DNA of 64,000 bases from Geosiphon pyriformis uo1 (GCA_016748015.1 JAAOMT010000128.1:2301538-2365537), one strand, 5' to 3'; positions 46,201-61,392 are shown, counted from the first letter of the stretch. The notes: a model not told the origin generated them from the sequence alone. Translations and numbers: made by a program.

Positions 46201-49200
46201 AATTTCCATAAGTTATTGAAATGTGGTGAAAGCATTTATCAAGCCAAATGGCATCACTTCAAATTCGAAATTTTCTTCTCATGTTGTAAAAACTGTTTTC
46301 TCTTTGTCTTCTGGTTTCATAGTTACTTGCCAGTAACCACTATCTAAGTTTAAAGTCAAGAACTATTTCTTTCCTTCAAAAGCATCAAACAGCTCTTGGA
46401 TCTTTGGGATTGGGTAACTATTTCTTTTTGTTACTCCATTTAGTTTCTAATAATCCACACAAAAGTGGATTTTTCCATTTTTCTTATAGACTAGTACCAC
46501 TGGTGATAACTATGGGCTTATTGATAACTGAATTAGCTCATTGTCAAGCATTTAATTGATTTCTTAACGAATGATCTTATGGCTGGCTAGTAGTACTCTG
46601 TATGCTCTTTGTTTGATTGGTATTATATCTCCAGTCTTGATCTGATGCTGGATTATGTTGGTTCTGCCAAATTCATTTTTGCTAACAAAGATATCATTAA
46701 AGTTGTTGAATAACATCTTAAGCTGCATATGTTGTAATGGGTCTAGATTCTCCAAGTTCATTTGTTCTAATTGTTTGGGTTGGAGCAAATAACATTCCTT
46801 TTGTCCATATATGGTTTAAGATATGATATCTACATATTCACACAGTTATAAAAAGTCTGGAATGGAGTTTGGCAGTTGGTCTTCAATTTTAGTGGTTAAG
46901 TATCCAATAATAGTTCCTTCTGGTATCTCAATGATATTTTTTGTGTTATTATAAATGGAAATTTTGATGTGTCTGTAGTTCTTAGCTAGTATATATAGAT
47001 TGACTAATTCAATCTTTTCTGATTCACAAAGTGTTGTTTCTGCCTCAAAAATCTGAACCTGGTCTTTTACTTTTCTTTCTATAACTACTATATACTGATC
47101 ATATAATGAAATAGAAATTAATTAACAAGTGGAGATAATTTCTTCCTTGTTAACAATTTCTTTTTCTGTCATATTAACTGGTATATTTATTCTACCCATA
47201 GATCTGAATCTCTGTATTCCTCTAGCTGTAATTTCTAATTTTTCCCTGTTTCCTACTGATACTAATTGAGCTACTTTAATCAGAAGCAAGAATATTGCCT
47301 ATGCTATCTTTTCATTTAACTCTATAATATAAGCTTTTTCTGAGTTATTTTGTAACATAGCAATAATATTTCTTATATATTCTGCATCAATTATTTCTTC
47401 TTTGATGTTGATTTTTTTTCTTGTTAAACTACTTCTGGATGCTAATTAAACCATTGTTGTTGCTAGAATTTTCAGTGTTATTTTAAGATCAATGCAGGTG
47501 TGTAAGTGTGGTTTCAATTTGATAGCATCTTTTCCCAGATATTTCAGATCAAATTCTGTATTGGTATCATGTGCACATTCTGACATAATACTCTTATCAT
47601 TGTTATTAAACCATTTTAGTTCCTGCTCCTTAGAAAGATTAAGAAGTGTAATGTATTGTTCAGGATTTGAATTAGAGTTTGCATCATTATAATTTTCATT
47701 CCCATTTTGAATGAAACTGGAACCATTATTTTTATTATTATCATGTTCAAAGTTTGAATCAAATTTGAACAGTAATTCCAATTCCACAGCTGCTGATTGG
47801 TTTTTTTTCCTCTGGGATCATATAGATCATACATGGTAGTAGATTGTAAATAAGGTCACACTCATTACAATATTGAAAGTCACAGAGAATTAAACAATGT
47901 TGACATAATTGAGTATTCAACTGCTCTAAATGCTGTTCTTGTTCTTTTTTAATGGGTGCTAGTTACTGGTAGTGTTTATAGAATTCTTCCAAATCATTTT
48001 TAATGTTGCCAAAGACATCAAAAGTTTGGACGTATTCGGGTTTAGGAAGAAATAGAGGGTTGTTTTTGATTTCCAGTAGTTCACTGGTTGTTAGGTTTTC
48101 TGTTTTTGCACTTGCTATTCTCCAGATTTCATGTTGGTTATGGAGATATTTTTCTAATTATTGCAACACTTGTTTTTAGACATTGTCAATTAGTGTTCTC
48201 TTGTGTATCTAGTCATTAATTAAAATTGTATACTGACATGTTTTATTGCACATTTTTTCACGCCCAGGAATGTTATTTCATATTTTTTTGTCAGGCAAAA
48301 TAGTTTTACATGCAAAGCACAGTTTATTGTCCCATTTTTTCTGCTATTTTGGTCATCTAAAGCATTCTATAATGCATGGGTGACAGTAAAATTGTGTTGC
48401 TGTAGAGTATTCTTTATTGTTACCATAGCATGTGCCTATTGATGACAATTTCTTGCCACAATCAATGCATATGAGTTTTGGTTGGCAATAGATGAATCAT
48501 TGTGATGTAGTATAAGTGTAGAAGTTATAAGTGATGGTGTTAGTAGATATTGTTTTTTCCTCTTTTTTTTTTTTTTTCCTCTTATTGCTTTCTTTTCCCT
48601 TTCAAGTTATTAGCTTTTTCTGGTTATTGTCAGTTTTTTAGGCTTGGTCAGAATTCCAAGTAAGTTCTTCTTTTTGCTTTCTTTTCCTATTGTCATCTCA
48701 AAAGAGTATTGGTGGTAACTTGTTGTGGTTTTTGTCGGCCCAGGAAATTTAATATACTTCCCAGGTAGGTTTTTCTTTTTCCTTCTCTAGTTTGATCAAT
48801 AATTGTTTTCTTGAAGGAGCTTTAAAGTGTTTACACATGGCTGGAACTTGCATGTGTTGACTATTTCAGCTGAGTTATAGTTTCTATATGATCTAGTCGA
48901 ATACAGCATTAGTTTTAAACAGCCAATCATTATCAACTAGAACTTAATACTGGGTGGCTTCTATTACCAAAACTTTAATGGGCATAATAAAACCATTAAT
49001 TTTGAATAGAAACTTGTCAATCTTACCAATAGACATTTTTGTGGCTCCATCAGCAGTAACGATTCTTGCACTGGCAGCATGGTCAACTCAGTGATCTAAT
49101 TGATCCATGAGTTGTCTAGTGATAATACTGTCTGCTGAATCACTATCTAGGATCAGTTTTATGGCCTAATTATTGACTTTAGTATTAGTGTACATAGCAG

Positions 49201-51591
49201 TGATGGGTTTTTCTTCGAGCATGGCTCTACTAAACAATAGTGTTTATAACAGTTCCTCAAATTTAAATGGGAAAATTGCTGCTAGTGATTTATTATTGGT
49301 TACAGTGGCTGGAGATATATTGCTGGTAGATGATTTGTTTTGGTTGGATTCCTGGTTGTTGGATAAGGTGTCTTCTGGGGTAACCAGAAGACTTAAATAA
49401 TATTAGACATTTGGGTTTTGAGTGTACCCAGTGCCCAAATTCTATTGTCAAGATTTTAATGTTTGGATTAAGGAACTGAGAATCAGTTGATGGACTATTA
49501 TCACTGATCTTTAACTTTGTTGTGTTGTTCTTAGCCTGTGAGTTCTATTTTGAGGTAAGTTTTGTGGTGGTGTTGAATTTTGTTGGAGTTGATAAATTAC
49601 TTGAGGCTGTAACTAATAGATAGGTTGAGGCTGTGGTTAATAAATGACAAATGTTATTGGCTAATAGATTGAAGCTTGATATATGGGTTGTTAATAAATT
49701 GGCTGTTGTATTATTTGGGTGTAATAAGGTGAGTATTAATTCTGATTTGGGTATTGATTCGGAATTTGAAACCTGTGATCAGAGTTTCAATATTAATTTT
49801 CTGATTGTGAGTTATTATTATAAAAATGACAGTTAACTCTTAAATGGCTTTGTTTACTACAATTGTGGCAGATCTGCATTTCTTGTTGTCATGGCTAATT
49901 GAATAATAATAAAGAACATAATTGATTTTGAGAGCAATTCATGTTTCCAAAATTATTGTGTTGTTGGAATGGTTGATAAATTGCATGATTGTCAGCTAAG
50001 TATTCTTTTAATTTCTGATTAATTGAATCACTGAGTTGCTTTAATTTGGAATTCAAGTTAAATGATCTGTTTATTACTAGATTTATGGCTTGGATGTGGT
50101 TGGCTTCTAATTCAGCAGCTTTAAAATCTCTGGCACTTATAACTGCGGCTTGAAGATCTACTGAATATATTGAACATACATATTAAAAGATACTATTGCA
50201 TAGACCTCTAATGAATTAATTTAAAATTTGTGGTGCTGTAAAATAGTCAGCTTGGATTGCCTAAATTTGGTGCAAATTTTTATGGAAGTGCTCTAGGTAA
50301 GTAGTAACTGCTTTATTTTTTTCTTGTTTGATGGTAGTAAAGGTATTTGCTAGATGATTAATACTATTATTATTGCTAAAGTATTGTAGGAATGCAAGCT
50401 TAAATGCATTGAAATCCTGAAGTTTGTTGGCCAAGCTTTGATACCAAAAGTCAGCAGTATTCTGGAGAAAATAGGGGATGGCTTGTATGGCTCTAGTGTC
50501 ATTCCATCTATTGGCTGTGATGGCTTTTTCTATATTATTTAGTCACACTTGGGTGTCATTCTCTTCACCAGTAAATTTTTCAATTTTGACAATAGATGTG
50601 TATACTATTGATACTAATGATAGTTGTTATTGTGGTTGTGGTTGTTGTTGTAATTGCTGCTGGGGTGGTGGTTGTGGCTGTTGCTATTACTGTTTGTCAA
50701 TTGGTGGGGCTGGTGGTCAATTAATTACAATTATTGAAGGTAAGTTTTTCTAATTAATAATGTTAGAGTTTGTATTGTTCTGGTTTTTTGGAGTTTGATT
50801 AACTGGAGTTTTAATTTCTAAATTTTTTAGGATTGGGTTTTGCTTGCTAATTTCTTGATCACTATTTTCTTTTTTTTTGGAGTCAGTTACTTTCCAAGGA
50901 CTAACAGCTCCGAAATTTGGTTGTGATGGTAGTGATCAAATTTTTGATGGCATTGGAGATCATGATTTAAATCCTTCAAAATAATCGCCATATGTTTCTA
51001 ATAACTCTGTTTTCTTTTGTTTACTTTGAAATAGGATTCTGTTTAGTGGTATTGTCACACTTGCTGTAGCTCTGCTTATTATATTGATAATACTACTGGG
51101 TGTATAGTGATATGATGGATTAGCAGATAAATCAAATCTTTGTTTCTTCTAAGTGAATAGTTGGATTTGTTTTAGTGTTCCTACTGGTATTTGTAACCTT
51201 CTTTTTTCTTTGTTGGCAAAAGTGATAGAAAATTTCTGCTTAGTGTATTTTTCAATTTTCTTGTTTATTTTTGTGATTAAAGATGCAAATAAGTAGTTTT
51301 GTGAAAGGGTAGTACTTTGGAGTAGTTCACTGAAAAAATTATTAAAGGCAAATTCTGGATCTCCTTGGCCTTCCAAATGATATACAATTTTTTTGTTGAC
51401 ATAGCAGTTGAAAGCTGATTTTGTTGGCCAATTATTATTTGTTAATCCAAGATAAATATAATAATATTGGAATAAAGATTTTGCAAATCCCAAATAGTTT
51501 GTTCCTGTTTTTTCAGATTCTGCCACTGTTTCAGATGGGTATTTATTGGTGCCAGTTTTCTGTAGAATTATACTTTACAGAAAGCACCAAA

Positions 51592-52428
51592 TGTTACAAG
51601 TGATTATTTGGGGTCTTAAAACAAATAACAAATCCATAACTTGGTGCTCAATTAATAGTTAATAATGTTGGTTTCTAAAGGTTTTCGTGATCTGAAGGGT
51701 TTGATTGAGTTCTTTGTATAATAAACAGAGATTTAATTGATAATTTTATCCATAGCTTTTTGAAACCACAGTTTTGTTAATTTCTTTCTTAGCATAATGA
51801 CTGGTAATCTTCCTGGTAAGCTATTCTCAAATCTGAGTGTCTACCTTTATTTCTGGGTTTTTTATCAGTGCTATATCCTGACATTAGTATCTTTATGTGT
51901 AAATCTTTTTAATCAAGTTAACAAAACAACAAAGAAAATAAAGCAAGAAAAAAAATAAAAAAATTAAGCCAAGATGATTTGCATGTTAGTATTCTGTCAA
52001 TAGCCATAATCAAGAGCTATTGTTCCAGTATAGTTAAGTATCAATTACTATCAACACTTTATGTTGATAGTAGAAAGTAGATTTGAGATAGTGAATAATT
52101 ATTTATTAATATTTGTGATAGGGAAGGTTGCTTAGATTAAATCTAAACTGAAAGATCTGTCTTTTTTTCTTCTAATACTACTGCTATATATACATAATTG
52201 ATGTTTTATGAGATTGCTCATATTCTCAAGCAATGTGCTATGATTTTTTGAGCAATATTCACATTGCTGAGCAATGTGCTCTAATTTTCTAACATTGCTC
52301 CATATTGTTGAACAATGTGCCATAATTTCTGACATTGCTCCACATTGCTGAGTAATATGCTTATATGCTAACTATTACTCTCTTATTGGTCTACTATTTT
52401 CTACATCTGTTTTCTTTTATGAGTAACA
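51592..52428 (-). repeat. 5' LTR of Gypsy B (837 bp)
   Basis: Partner of 42384-43268 with a shorter internal array. Confidence 0.95.
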
Positions 52429-54120
52429 GTGGTTTTTGGTAATAGACTTTTTGATAAAAAAGGCTGTGTGGTAGATTAAATAACTTTCTATTGGTGGAAA
52501 AAATTAGATCCTAAAGGTCCTGTTTTTTATTGATTTAAAGTTATATCAAAATTTTTGTGTAGTGGGAGTTCTTTGTTACCTGATTTATCTGTGTTTATTC
52601 AGTCAGCTAGTTTAAACATTTTAAATTCCAAAGTGTTTGCTAATGTGCGGGATGGTTTACATGAAATTTGGTCTAATTCATTTGAGATATACACAGATGG
52701 TTCATTAAAGAACACTGGCTTTGCTGATATTATTAGTGGTACTGCTACATATTTTTTAGCTTTGAATATAAGTGTTGGTATTAGAGTTTATGGTCTTGGA
52801 TCTTCTACTATGGCTGAGTTGCAGACTGTTGCTTTGTTTTTGGAGTGTGTTCTATTGTCTTGTACTTTGGTTCTGCATCTCAATAGCCAAGCTGTTATTG
52901 ATACATATATGTTTGAGATGTTACTTGTGATACTGAATTTTTGTAATCAATGCTGAATTGAAAAGAAATATATTGTTAATCTAATTAAGAATAAGGATCT
53001 TATAGTAAATTGGGTCAAGATTAAAGATTATTCTGGAGTTGGTAGTAATATAAAAGTAGATGCCACTACAAGCATGGCTGCTGGTTCTTCTTTTTTTTTA
53101 CCAGTAGAAGTGTGAAAATGTTTTTTGGTAGCTAAGAACACTGTTGTATTTAGCAATGTTTGCTATTTTATTAGGAACATTTTTAGATCTGTTTGTTGTG
53201 CTTGCTGGAAGGCTGGTTCTGGCCATAATATGGTTCTTAATGCACTAATTAGGAATATAGATTGGAACATTACTGCAAAGATCTGGCACTCTGACCCACA
53301 TATGCTCTTTGGTTTTACTAGTTAAATATCATCCAACTTTTGTACATACTTGATAAAAGCTGTGTACAGACAGTTACCAATAGTCATTAAGAAAAAATTA
53401 TATGATAAAAGATATCCTAATGTACTGTGTTTATTGTGTGGTAAAGTGGAGTTATTAGATCACATTTTTACTTATGCTCAGAATATTGGTATTTAGGAAG
53501 AAATTTTGGCTAAGACCTCTATACAATAAGTTGCTTTGGCAGATGCTTGTGGTTTGTTTTTTTCTGTTGTTTTACAAACACTCTCTTGTTGTTTATCAGA
53601 TGTTGGAACTTATGCAGTTGTATACAAAGAGTTTGTGCTAAAAGATTGGTGTGCAGAAGCTGTTGAAATTTTTGATAGTAAAAAGAAGATCACCTTTGCT
53701 GTTGTTAATTTTGTGATGTATTTAGTAGAATTACATCATTTTCAGGCCTGGCTAATGAGATCTAAGTTTAGAGTTGATATAGAAAAGGCTGGCTTGGTTG
53801 GAAATGGCAGTATAGTATTAGATTTATCATGTTGTTTGATGTTGATGCTGTTAAATAGTATGGTCAGGATGTTTGGCATTATTGAATTTTTTGCTATTAG
53901 CTTTGGTTATCATAGACCATGCCTTTTTTTTCTAGTTTAGATTGTAATATTAGTGTTAATATAAGTGTGTAGTATTGTTTTGTCTGGTCTAAATGGCTAG
54001 CCACATGTAGTAAATGCATGAGTTGTATTTAGTTTGAGCCATTTAGTCTGGTTCTATGTACTAGATAGTAGTTGGGCTTTACTTTATAAATGCTTTAATA
54101 AAAAAATAAAAAATAAAAAT
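52429..54120 (+). mobile_element. LINE 3, 3' portion (RNase H, zinc finger, 3'UTR, A-rich tail)
   Basis: EIYTDGSL...STMAELQ; YPNVLCLLCG...DH; closest to LINE 1. Confidence 0.92.
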
Positions 54121-54487
54121 ATTTTTAGCTTGTATTATAAAAACAATACTTTTAAAAAATTATTATTAAGTTAAATAATATATAAATTTAGTAATAAATA
54201 GTTTAATTATAACAATATTAAATTTAATATTAAAAATAAAAAATAAATTTTTTAAGTTTAAAATATAATAAGTTTTTCTATTAATAATTTAAATATGAAA
54301 TAAACTTGTATAAAAATTTGTTCAAATATCATAAAAATTGGTTTTACCAATTTATATTTATAAAAATATTAATAAAAAGACAAAAAAGTTTGTTTTTAAA
54401 ATTATAAATATGTTAAATTTTGGAATTTTTAAAATAGTCAAATTATAAAAACATAAAGTAAATAGTAAAGTTAATAATATTAATAAT

Positions 54488-57400
54488 ATTTTTTTTTTCA
54501 TTTAATGAGTGAAGTCCAAACACTACTTAGAACTATACATTAAAGAAATGATCTAAACTAAGTGCAAATTATGTACTTTCTACATGTAACCAGCCATTCG
54601 AGCCAGTCAGGACAACACTACACAATTATATTAACAGAAACTGGGTTACCAATACCTGAGAAAAAAGAACAGGATTTGCAAAAGCCAAAACAGACACCAA
54701 AAGCTTCAGCAATACCAAGCAATTTAACCATACCATCCGAGAACCTTAAAACCAAACCAAAAACCAAGATGGGAATTGAGCTATCCACCAAGATTAGACT
54801 ATTCTTTTCTATGTATACGTGATGCTTGGCACAAACCAACCAAATGTCATTCCTGAAAGTGACACAAAAAGAGCACATAAAATTAGCAATCTTAATGCCA
54901 GCAACTTTGGGATTATGGAAGATAAAAACAGCCTCTTGAATTCATCCTTTGAAAACAAAACTCTTATAAAAAGCCGAGGATATCAGGAAATTTGAAGCAC
55001 AAGTCGACAGCAGCTGCAATACACTTGAAGTAGAAAAGAAAAGACCAGAAAGCATCTTCCAAGAAGACATACAGGATTCCAAAACCCGACGATGAGCTGA
55101 ATCATCAATTACACAAGAAAACACATGATCAGACACCTCTATTTCACCACAATACAGACACAGAACACTAGAGTAACATCTATTATAAATGTGCTTTCGA
55201 ACAGCCATGGGAAGCTGACAGTGCAAAGCCTTCATAAGGTAAGTATGAGTGTTAGCAGTGTGCCTATTGGTGAAACCTGTTGCCATATGCGAATTAAGAT
55301 GTCAAATCCTAAAAGAACTAGGCCAATTAACATCCAAGTGCAACTCTTCAAGGAGAAACCCAGAGCTGAAACTGACCTCCCAATGTGCTTGACAAACAGC
55401 ATGAAAAACATCTCAAACAAAGTGTCTAGAATTACCAGAGACAATACCATTATCCACCAACAAAAAATGTTCATCAACACAAGGAGGAAGAAACCAATCA
55501 GAGAGAGTTGTAGCATCAGCAATGCTATTGGCTTGATTATTTCCCGATACACCAGAGTGACCCTTAACCTTGTGCCAGCTAACCCTTAAATTTTTACTGT
55601 ATATAACATTCCTAATATGCCAGCGCTCAATCCAACACTGATTGTGAAAGTCAGGATACACCAAGTCAACCTCTGACATGCAAGCATCCAAGGCCACCTG
55701 ACTATCTGAAAACAGATAAACAGAACGAGCTACAAGTATGCATTCCAGAGCCAACACTACAGCCTGCAATTCTGCCAAAGTAGATGACACCAAATCCTAA
55801 ACACTAATACCCAAACCCAAGTTAATGTCCTCAAAAAAGACAGCAGCCCCAGTCCTACAACCAGTCATGCCCAAATTTTTCAATGACCCATCTGTATACA
55901 CAGACAAACTATTAGCACCAACCCGAGAAAGATGATCACATACAGACACAAAATCATCAGACCCACAAATGTTTACAGGACTAACACCAACCAAGACTGA
56001 AGGAGAAGAATGGGAAGCCCCAAGAAACTTAACTGAATGTACAAACCACTCAGGGACTGGACCATAAGAATCCAGCCTCTTCTACCACTTAAAAGTGAGC
56101 CAGCTAAAGACATTACTATGATGATCTTGAAGCTGGTCCACGAAGGCAATGCCATAACGCCAAAGAGATGGCAAAAACTTAAAAAACAAAAATTCGCCAA
56201 GAATAATAGACATAAGAACCCCACTGCGAAACTGGAAAGCACTGGCCAGAGAACCACCCAAAGGCAGCTTGCAGTCAAGAAGGATGGAAACCATACCAGC
56301 CAAGAAATTATTAGAAACACTAACACGAATATGAATAGGAGAAATCAATGGATGGATCAGCTGCCAATACAGAACTTGCAAGTCATGAGACCTGTGACTG
56401 AACAAACACCCTAAAATCCCACTAGAGTTTGCGAAACTAATAAGCAAAGCAATCTTACTTTTAGACTGACACTGCGAAAAGGACTTTAAACCATAAAAAG
56501 AAGGATGGTGAATCGTATCACTAGAAAAATCCAGTAGGAGGCCAAATTTAAGTTTCAAGCCTTTGTGAATCAGAACATCCTATTTGTTGCACACACCAAC
56601 AGGAACAAAGCTGAACTGCATTCTATAGCTGATTATAGAATGGAGGACTGCTGACACCAGATACAAAAATTGCTTATTCAAAACTGCCTTCCTTAGAACC
56701 AGATTGGTAGAAAAATGAACATCTGAATTCACCTTAGCCAAACTAGACTTTAAAAGACCCTCAGTTGAGAAAAAAATACCCAAGTACTGATGAGATTTAC
56801 CCTTTTTGGCGATGAAGATCGGCGAGCCACTAATGGATAGAAAAAGATTGCTGACCTTGCTATTAATGAGAATGACCACTGTCTTGTCGTTATTGATTGA
56901 AATGTCATTAATTTGAAAAAATTCACTAGTTACATTGAAAATATGCTGGGTAGCAATTTGACTGCTACCAACTCAGATAGTATCATCAACAAAAGCACCA
57001 GCAGCAAAAAAAAAAGAGAGCCCAACTTGAGATTCAGTATGACCACTTTTGGAAACAAAATAAGAAATCAACCTATACTTACACATACTTTCCTAATGCT
57101 TGACTTCACACAACAGAGAATCATAAAATATATGCCACAGAAGGGGGGAAAAACCTCTTTTTGGTTCAGGCCATCATGCACATGATAGCCATTTATCAAA
57201 CTGAAATCTGTTATTACACGGTTGGTGTAATTCTTATGAATACTGCCAAAAAACCGAATAAATTTGCTGCACATCTTAATCTTAACCAAACTCTTCTCAA
57301 AATGCTCCCAGCCAACCAAATTGTAAGCTTTTTGCATGTCCTGCAAAACCAAACAAAGCTCTCGGTTTTTTTCCAAAGCATTTTTAATAACTAAACCAAT

Positions 57401-60400
57401 AGCAAAAATAGGTGATTGAGTCATCATACCCTTTAAAACTGAAAAATTGTTACCACGTAGGACATTATAAGAGCTGCAAGCCAGCAAGATCCTATCCAAA
57501 AGAATCTTGGAGAGAATTTTGCAAGCCGTTTTGATCAAAGCAATAGGATGAGTGTTTGTGAAAACACCCTCTCACTCATAGGACTTGGAAATCATTGAAA
57601 CCCAAGCCTCTTTCCAAGAACTGATTCACAAGACAGACAAAAATTCAACAGGACCAGAAGCAAACCCAAAACTAACTCATCACAATGTTTCCACAGCTCA
57701 TTAGAGATACCTAAGAGACTAGTGGCTTTACCATCAGGCAGGTCAGAGACCACATAATGCAACTCATCAAAATCAATTGCACACATCACCCCAGAGAATG
57801 CCTCATCAAAAATGTAGTCCAAAGATCAGTATTGATAAGACCAAGTATCAGAGACATCATTGACCACTACATGCTTCCTGGTCTATTCTTCCATAATATT
57901 ATCCACTTTGGATTTCACCAAATCAGGCTCAAGAACCAACTCATCACCCATGACCAAATGATTCAAAACCACCTTGCGAAAAGGTTATTCCAGCATGCTT
58001 CTGATCATGTGATCTTTATCCATCTCAAAACTCTCCATCCTTCTATCTATAACAGACCTGATGTTTGCTTTCTTAACTCTCAAAGACTTAGCAAGCTTGG
58101 ATGCACAATAAAACTTCTTAGCACTAAAGAGAGCAGAACAAACACCATCAGTGTCAGCACCAAAGTCTATCACACTCTGCACAACTGAAGCCCTATTATT
58201 GTCCAAAAAAATCTAATGTTCTATAAAAAACTCAAAATTTGCAACACATTCCTCATGTAAAGCCTTGACAATTTTGGAAACCAAAAGCTTCAATTTGTGA
58301 AATCTTGAAGATTTCTTGGTGAAAACATTATTGAAGCCCTTGAACCACTTTTTCTTGAACACTTCATTAGCTGAGAGAACCATTATCTTGCGAACAACAC
58401 TCCACATTGCATCCAAGTTCAAAAATCTCGCAGAAGTGACAAACTCATCTGAAAACATTATAGCATTGGCCAATGTGGCACCTTTAAAATTGTTCTATCT
58501 AATCTTATCAGTGCTCTTAAAATTGAACTTCCAATGATTCCTATTTGCCTGTTTGCAAAGAGAGTTCAACTGCACATCCAAAAGCCCACCCAAGCTTATG
58601 GACACAGAGACAGCCTGGTGATTCATATTATAATGTTTGCCAACTCCTAAAACATTACGATATACAATTGCACTGACCAGACTTGGGAAAACAAACACAT
58701 AATCAATTGTCTTCTTCACACTTCTTGAATTTTCCCAAGTAGGACTTTTCGCAACTAAACTACCTGACAGAGAGTTGACTAGCTCCAAATTAAGGCACTT
58801 CCTAAAACTCGTGCTTTTACACAAACCATCCTCATTGAAATCACTCCCAAGAATAATGAAAGAAGATTCATTAACAGCCTTAGTGATAAAAGAGTTAACT
58901 TCTCCAGCCTGAGAGAACCGAACCACTGAAGAAGCACCTGCATAAAGCCCTAAAATTGATACCAAAAGTTTATTCTTGAACAGCAACTTGATAGATAGGA
59001 GCCAACCAGGCACCTCAGAAACCTTGTATACATGTCTCGCCAAAGAAGAATTTACGACAATCACAACATTAGCACCCAAATAACCAGAATTCAAGCCAGA
59101 GGTAAACACTCTTATACCATCAAATTTGTTGATGATCCAGGAGCGAACCCTTCCCTTTAACTTTGTTTCTGTAAAAATTGAAATCAAATTGTTCATGTTA
59201 TTGTGCCAATAAATGATGTCATCCTGTTTTGTAGAATTGTTCATACCCTTGACATTGCAAGTAGCAATTTTCCAAACCAGACCATTTATTGAGATGAAAG
59301 GGCAGACAACAAACCCAACCCAGAGCACAAAAGATCCAATCTAGTCAAAACTGTACCAACCACTACATCTAAAGCCATCATTTTCGATTCTAAACCACCA
59401 ACTTTAGTGATCAGGATTTTTGAATTACTAGAACCAAAATCAGAAGCTGTATTGTCAATTGACTGTGACAGGAGGAGAAGAAAAAACCTAAGGAGCATTC
59501 AACACCATGTTCAAATCTGCACTCAAATCCAGAGGAGCAGAGATGACAGGAGAGGAAGCTAATGAAGCAAAGGGCAAAGACACCAATTCAACAAAGCCCA
59601 ACCTTTTCAAAATGCCAGAAACCTGGTCAGCCAAGAGTTCCAAAGAGCATTCCAAGAATGCCAAATGATCATTCAGACCTGCAACCACGAAAAAATTAGA
59701 ATTCATTGATAGAATTTTGACATTCGGAGATGACTTTACACCAGAAACAACCAAAGGAACCACATGAGAAAAAGATCTACCAGCTACCTGAGCCCAAGTT
59801 TTACCACCAAAAGAAACTGGACAAGCAATTGGCGCCCACCTCTTTTTATAAATGTCAGCCAAATGGGCCTGATCTTGAAGAGTAACCACATGTCTATCAT
59901 GCCTCCTAGAATTCCCATCCGCAGAGCACATATCCGAAACATGACTGAAATGTTTACATGTAGCACAACAGATTAGAGAAAGACCAGCCCAATACAAACT
60001 CACCCCCTTAAAGATTGGAACTGAACTAATTGCAGCCAACTTGAAAGCTTCATTAGCAAAACAGATGACAGTGCACCTATCTCAAACATATATAACCGAA
60101 TTATGGCCAATAACACAGGTCTTCCCACCATATGAATCCAACAGACCAGAAAGATCATAAGCAGTGGTGCCAACTGGAAGAGTATAAAGCAATGTCTGAT
60201 GCTGATCTCTCGATACCCATGTTTGTTTATTACCAATTGCCAAAGCCACACACACCAAATTCTTTTTCATGAGAACCGACCACTTGGATGCAACCAGGCT
60301 GGCTACTTCAGATGATTTGAATTCAACCAGGGCCTTTTGCCAAAGACCAATCAGCTGCATCTTGATGGACACAATCTTACCAAATTTAGAAAATACTGAT

Positions 60401-61375
60401 TCCACTGCCGATCTGGGAAGATCTACTGAGATCTCCTTAATGATTACCTCCCAATCTGAATGGCTGTTTGCTTTTTTAACATTATTATTAACCAAGATTT
60501 TCTCACTGACTGCCATTTCCTTTGCCTTTATCAAGCTTTTCTCAGAAGTAAATGAAGATCTAATGATCCCAGAAAATTTTGAGGGAGTCAATGCCCCCCC
60601 CTCCTCAAAACCATCAATTCGATAAAAAATTTTTTTAACAGAAACTAACTTATTACTATTGGTTTTTCCAGACACTGATGAAAGCTCAATATCCAAAGCA
60701 TACAATTTTACTGGCTCAAAACTTAACACATAACTCAGTAGACAATAGCCAATTGGATTCAACAAACTTAGGTACTGGAAGCACCAACTCAGTATTGTTG
60801 TCACTTAGAGAATAAAGAGAAGACATTTTAGGTGGCTGTCCTAAGATGTAAGACCTAGTTTGCATTTTCTTTGGAGTAGTGTTGTTTACCATATTGTCAG
60901 TCTCAGAAGCATTGAAGTTGACATAACTCATCTCTTCAGCTACTATGTTCTTTAAATTCTCAATATTTAACACTTTACTTATACTGGATTCCTCATTTTT
61001 AACTTCGCTTCCCCAAAACACCTTTCGATTGTCAACACCTGAATGTAACAGAACAGCAGGCAAAGAGCCAGCCAACAAATCCACAATGCTGACAGCAACT
61101 CCAGATTTTTTAGCCTTCTTATATGATGGACTGCGAGAATAGACACTCTCAACTTGTGCTTTCTTCTTGTTGTCTGACTGGGACCCCAACCCAGTTGATC
61201 CAAAACCAGAGCCACCAGCAGAGGAGCCAGCTGGTTTCATAGTGACAAATAAATCAGAAGGAAGAAAAATAACTGCGAAAACTGAAGATAAAAAAGAAAG
61301 GGAGAAATTATTTTTTTAACAAAGTTCATGCTCTCATTATGGCCAGGGGATCGACAAGAGAGAGATATTTTTACT
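54488..61375 (-). mobile_element. Full-length LINE 4, disabled (ORF1 59286-61240; ORF2 about 54618-59289)
   Basis: T run 54488-54498; 3'UTR; ATCNVKG/ETK/GSDFN APE; AFVDDT RT; VYTDGS RNase H; ORF1 RRM and CATCKHFSHVSDMC knuckle. Confidence 0.95.
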
Positions 61376-61392
61376 TTAATTTTAATAATATA

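Larger units (their letters stand above)
42384..52428 (-). mobile_element. Full-length Ty3/Gypsy element B (gag-PR-Cys-rich domain-dUTPase-RT-RNase H-IN), disabled
   Basis: LTRs 42384-43268 and 51592-52428; TSD ATGG/GTGG; PBS TGGTGCTTTCTG 51578-51589; PPT 43272-43285. Domains: CHNCSKQSHLRVNC (about 49850), LILDSDS (about 49150), dUTPase about 47610-47195, RT MPFGL..YLNN (YLDD decayed), RH TDA, IN H...GH...CDAC, GPF motif about 44200. Confidence 0.96.
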
